Both the position numbers and the translations under genes were made by a program. A stretch of DNA of 64,000 nt. Source: Malacoraja senta (Eukaryota). The notes under the pieces are model-generated. The model made no database searches and was not told the origin of the DNA. It worked only from the letters and a program-made list of their open reading frames with translations. Each line of letters opens with the position of its first letter. Position 1 is the first letter of the stretch. The stretch is taken from NCBI GenBank assembly GCA_038087875.1, contig CM075977.1, forward strand, positions 192,944,001-193,008,000, written 5' to 3'. Positions 62,453 to 64,000 of the stretch are shown here, piece after piece.

Positions 62453-63859
62453 CTTTTTAAAAATCTATTAATTCGGAGGGTGTGGAAATTTATGGCAACG
62501 GCAGCATTTATTGTTCCTCCCCACTTCTCCCTTCACTGAGAAGATAGTTAAGGATCAGATACTTGCCAGTCAGGGCACGGATAACACATTGCCTTCCCTG
62601 AAGCACACTGATAAAACAGAGAATTTTTGACATTAATTTGTAGTTCCATGGTTAATGTTACTGTTATTTTAGAAACATTGTGAATTTATTTAATTACTTA
62701 ATTCTTGAATTGTTGTGGTGAGATTTGAACTTGTGTTTCTGGATCAGTAGTTCATAGCTCTCTGTTAGTTGAATAACTTAACCAATCTGCCACAGTCCTG
62801 TGGGCCCTGGTTAAATTGTTACAGCCCAGTGAGTGGGATTATCATGATGAGTTAGCCAAATGCCAGACCATCACATCAGAACAGTCTACCTTTCACATGC
62901 AACTCCAACCCCTGCCCTTGTCTGACTTCCTGCCAGCTCCTCACCAATTGCCCCACTCCAACTTGCCCACTCGCAGAACTCGCCACCTATCCATCTCAAA
63001 GCCTCCTGGAGGTTATAGTCCTGAAATGGGAGGTGGCAATCTGTTCATATTGCTCCTCAGTGTTTTAATTTTCCAAGTATGTTCCTTTTCCAAGTATCGC
63101 TGGAGATTTAGCCACGTTTGGGTGTTTACTATTTACAATGAGAATGGCAATCTGTCCATCACTCCGACACCAGAGAGCTCTAATGAATCCCACAGCACAG
63201 CTCCATTCTGATCATTCTCGCTCCACGTTCAGGTGGAGTACATGCCTCATTAATCATAGCATTCTTTATCTGATGTCTCAGTGGTGACTATGTTTACAAA
63301 CGTTGCATGTTGCATAACATATATCTTGGGTAGGGAAATTCATTAAAATGCAACAAGGTAATCTCTTGGGAAATAAAGTTTAAATAGAGTAAAGAACTTC
63401 TAAGGTTTTTTGTTTTTGAACAAGGACACTCTGGCAGAAATAAATTGGCACTTTGAAAAACAGGCAGAGTATTTAAACAGGTGCTCATTTTTAAATGGAA
63501 CGAGTCGGGCTGAAGTGAAATTCTGCACAAGGTCAGGACTGTGCTTTCATGTACTCACCAGTACACCTGCTGCTTTTGAACTGATTTCCACTTTCAGAGG
63601 ATGTACTGTCCCATTCTGAAATGGAAGTTGAACATGATTCAAATGCCTGCATATGGAGTTGAATCACATTGAGATTGAAAGAATGTCAGGAACATTTCAC
63701 TAATACAAAGGTACCAAAATATGGATGAGTCAATGGGAAATCAGAAACTGTCACTTTGGATCCATCTTGCATGTCCCTCAGGGGTCATGTCTCAGTGGAA
63801 ACCTAGAGACTAATGGAGTTAAAATTTCTACTAAGGAGGTATTTATCTCTCTATTCTCT

Positions 63860-64000
63860 TGGGATGATTGAAGTTCTAAATTGGGACAAGGCCAACTTTG
63901 ATGGTATTAGACAGGAACTTGCAAAAGTTGATTGAGGTAATTTGTTTGTAGGCAAAGGGTGTCCGGAAAGTGTGATGCTTTAAAAAGTGTGATATTGAGA
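63860..64000 (+). mobile_element. CR1 ORF2 fragment running off the window edge
   Basis: 'EVLNWDKANFDGIRQELAKVD', a post-APE region typical of CR1. Confidence 0.7.

Overview
Eukaryotic, repeat-rich window with no recognisable cellular protein-coding gene. The repeat complement (HE1-type V-SINEs, CR1/HER1-type LINEs, Deu-domain SINEs, abundant Penelope-derived repeats) points to a cartilaginous fish, probably a skate or ray; this is inferred from repeat families. Almost every informative ORF in the track is a transposon fragment or its antisense shadow. Structurally well-defined elements: the 3' end of a Gypsy LTR element (1-593); Penelope-like elements (PLEs) with GIY-YIG and minimal hammerhead-ribozyme motifs; several CR1 LINEs, one near full length (33066-37640); a Tc1 transposon (13013-15433) with a nested Harbinger-type MITE; a second Harbinger-type MITE; a non-autonomous Helitron (26050-26875); a complete DIRS1-like tyrosine-recombinase retrotransposon (41965-46368) with perfectly matched termini/ICR but decayed ORFs; and Rex1/Babar, RTE, L1 and Tx1 fragments. 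There is also a 1.25-kb direct duplication (40530-41780 / 49155-50401). Unique sequence includes a CpG-rich island with splice signals (23250-24070), several AT-rich homeodomain-motif blocks resembling enhancers, and an unexplained 38-bp hairpin-forming direct repeat (52646 / 52996). I found no clearly new biological system. The best leads are the hammerhead-bearing PLE mini-elements and the apparently trans-mobilised DIRS. Boundaries of old, degraded repeats are approximate.
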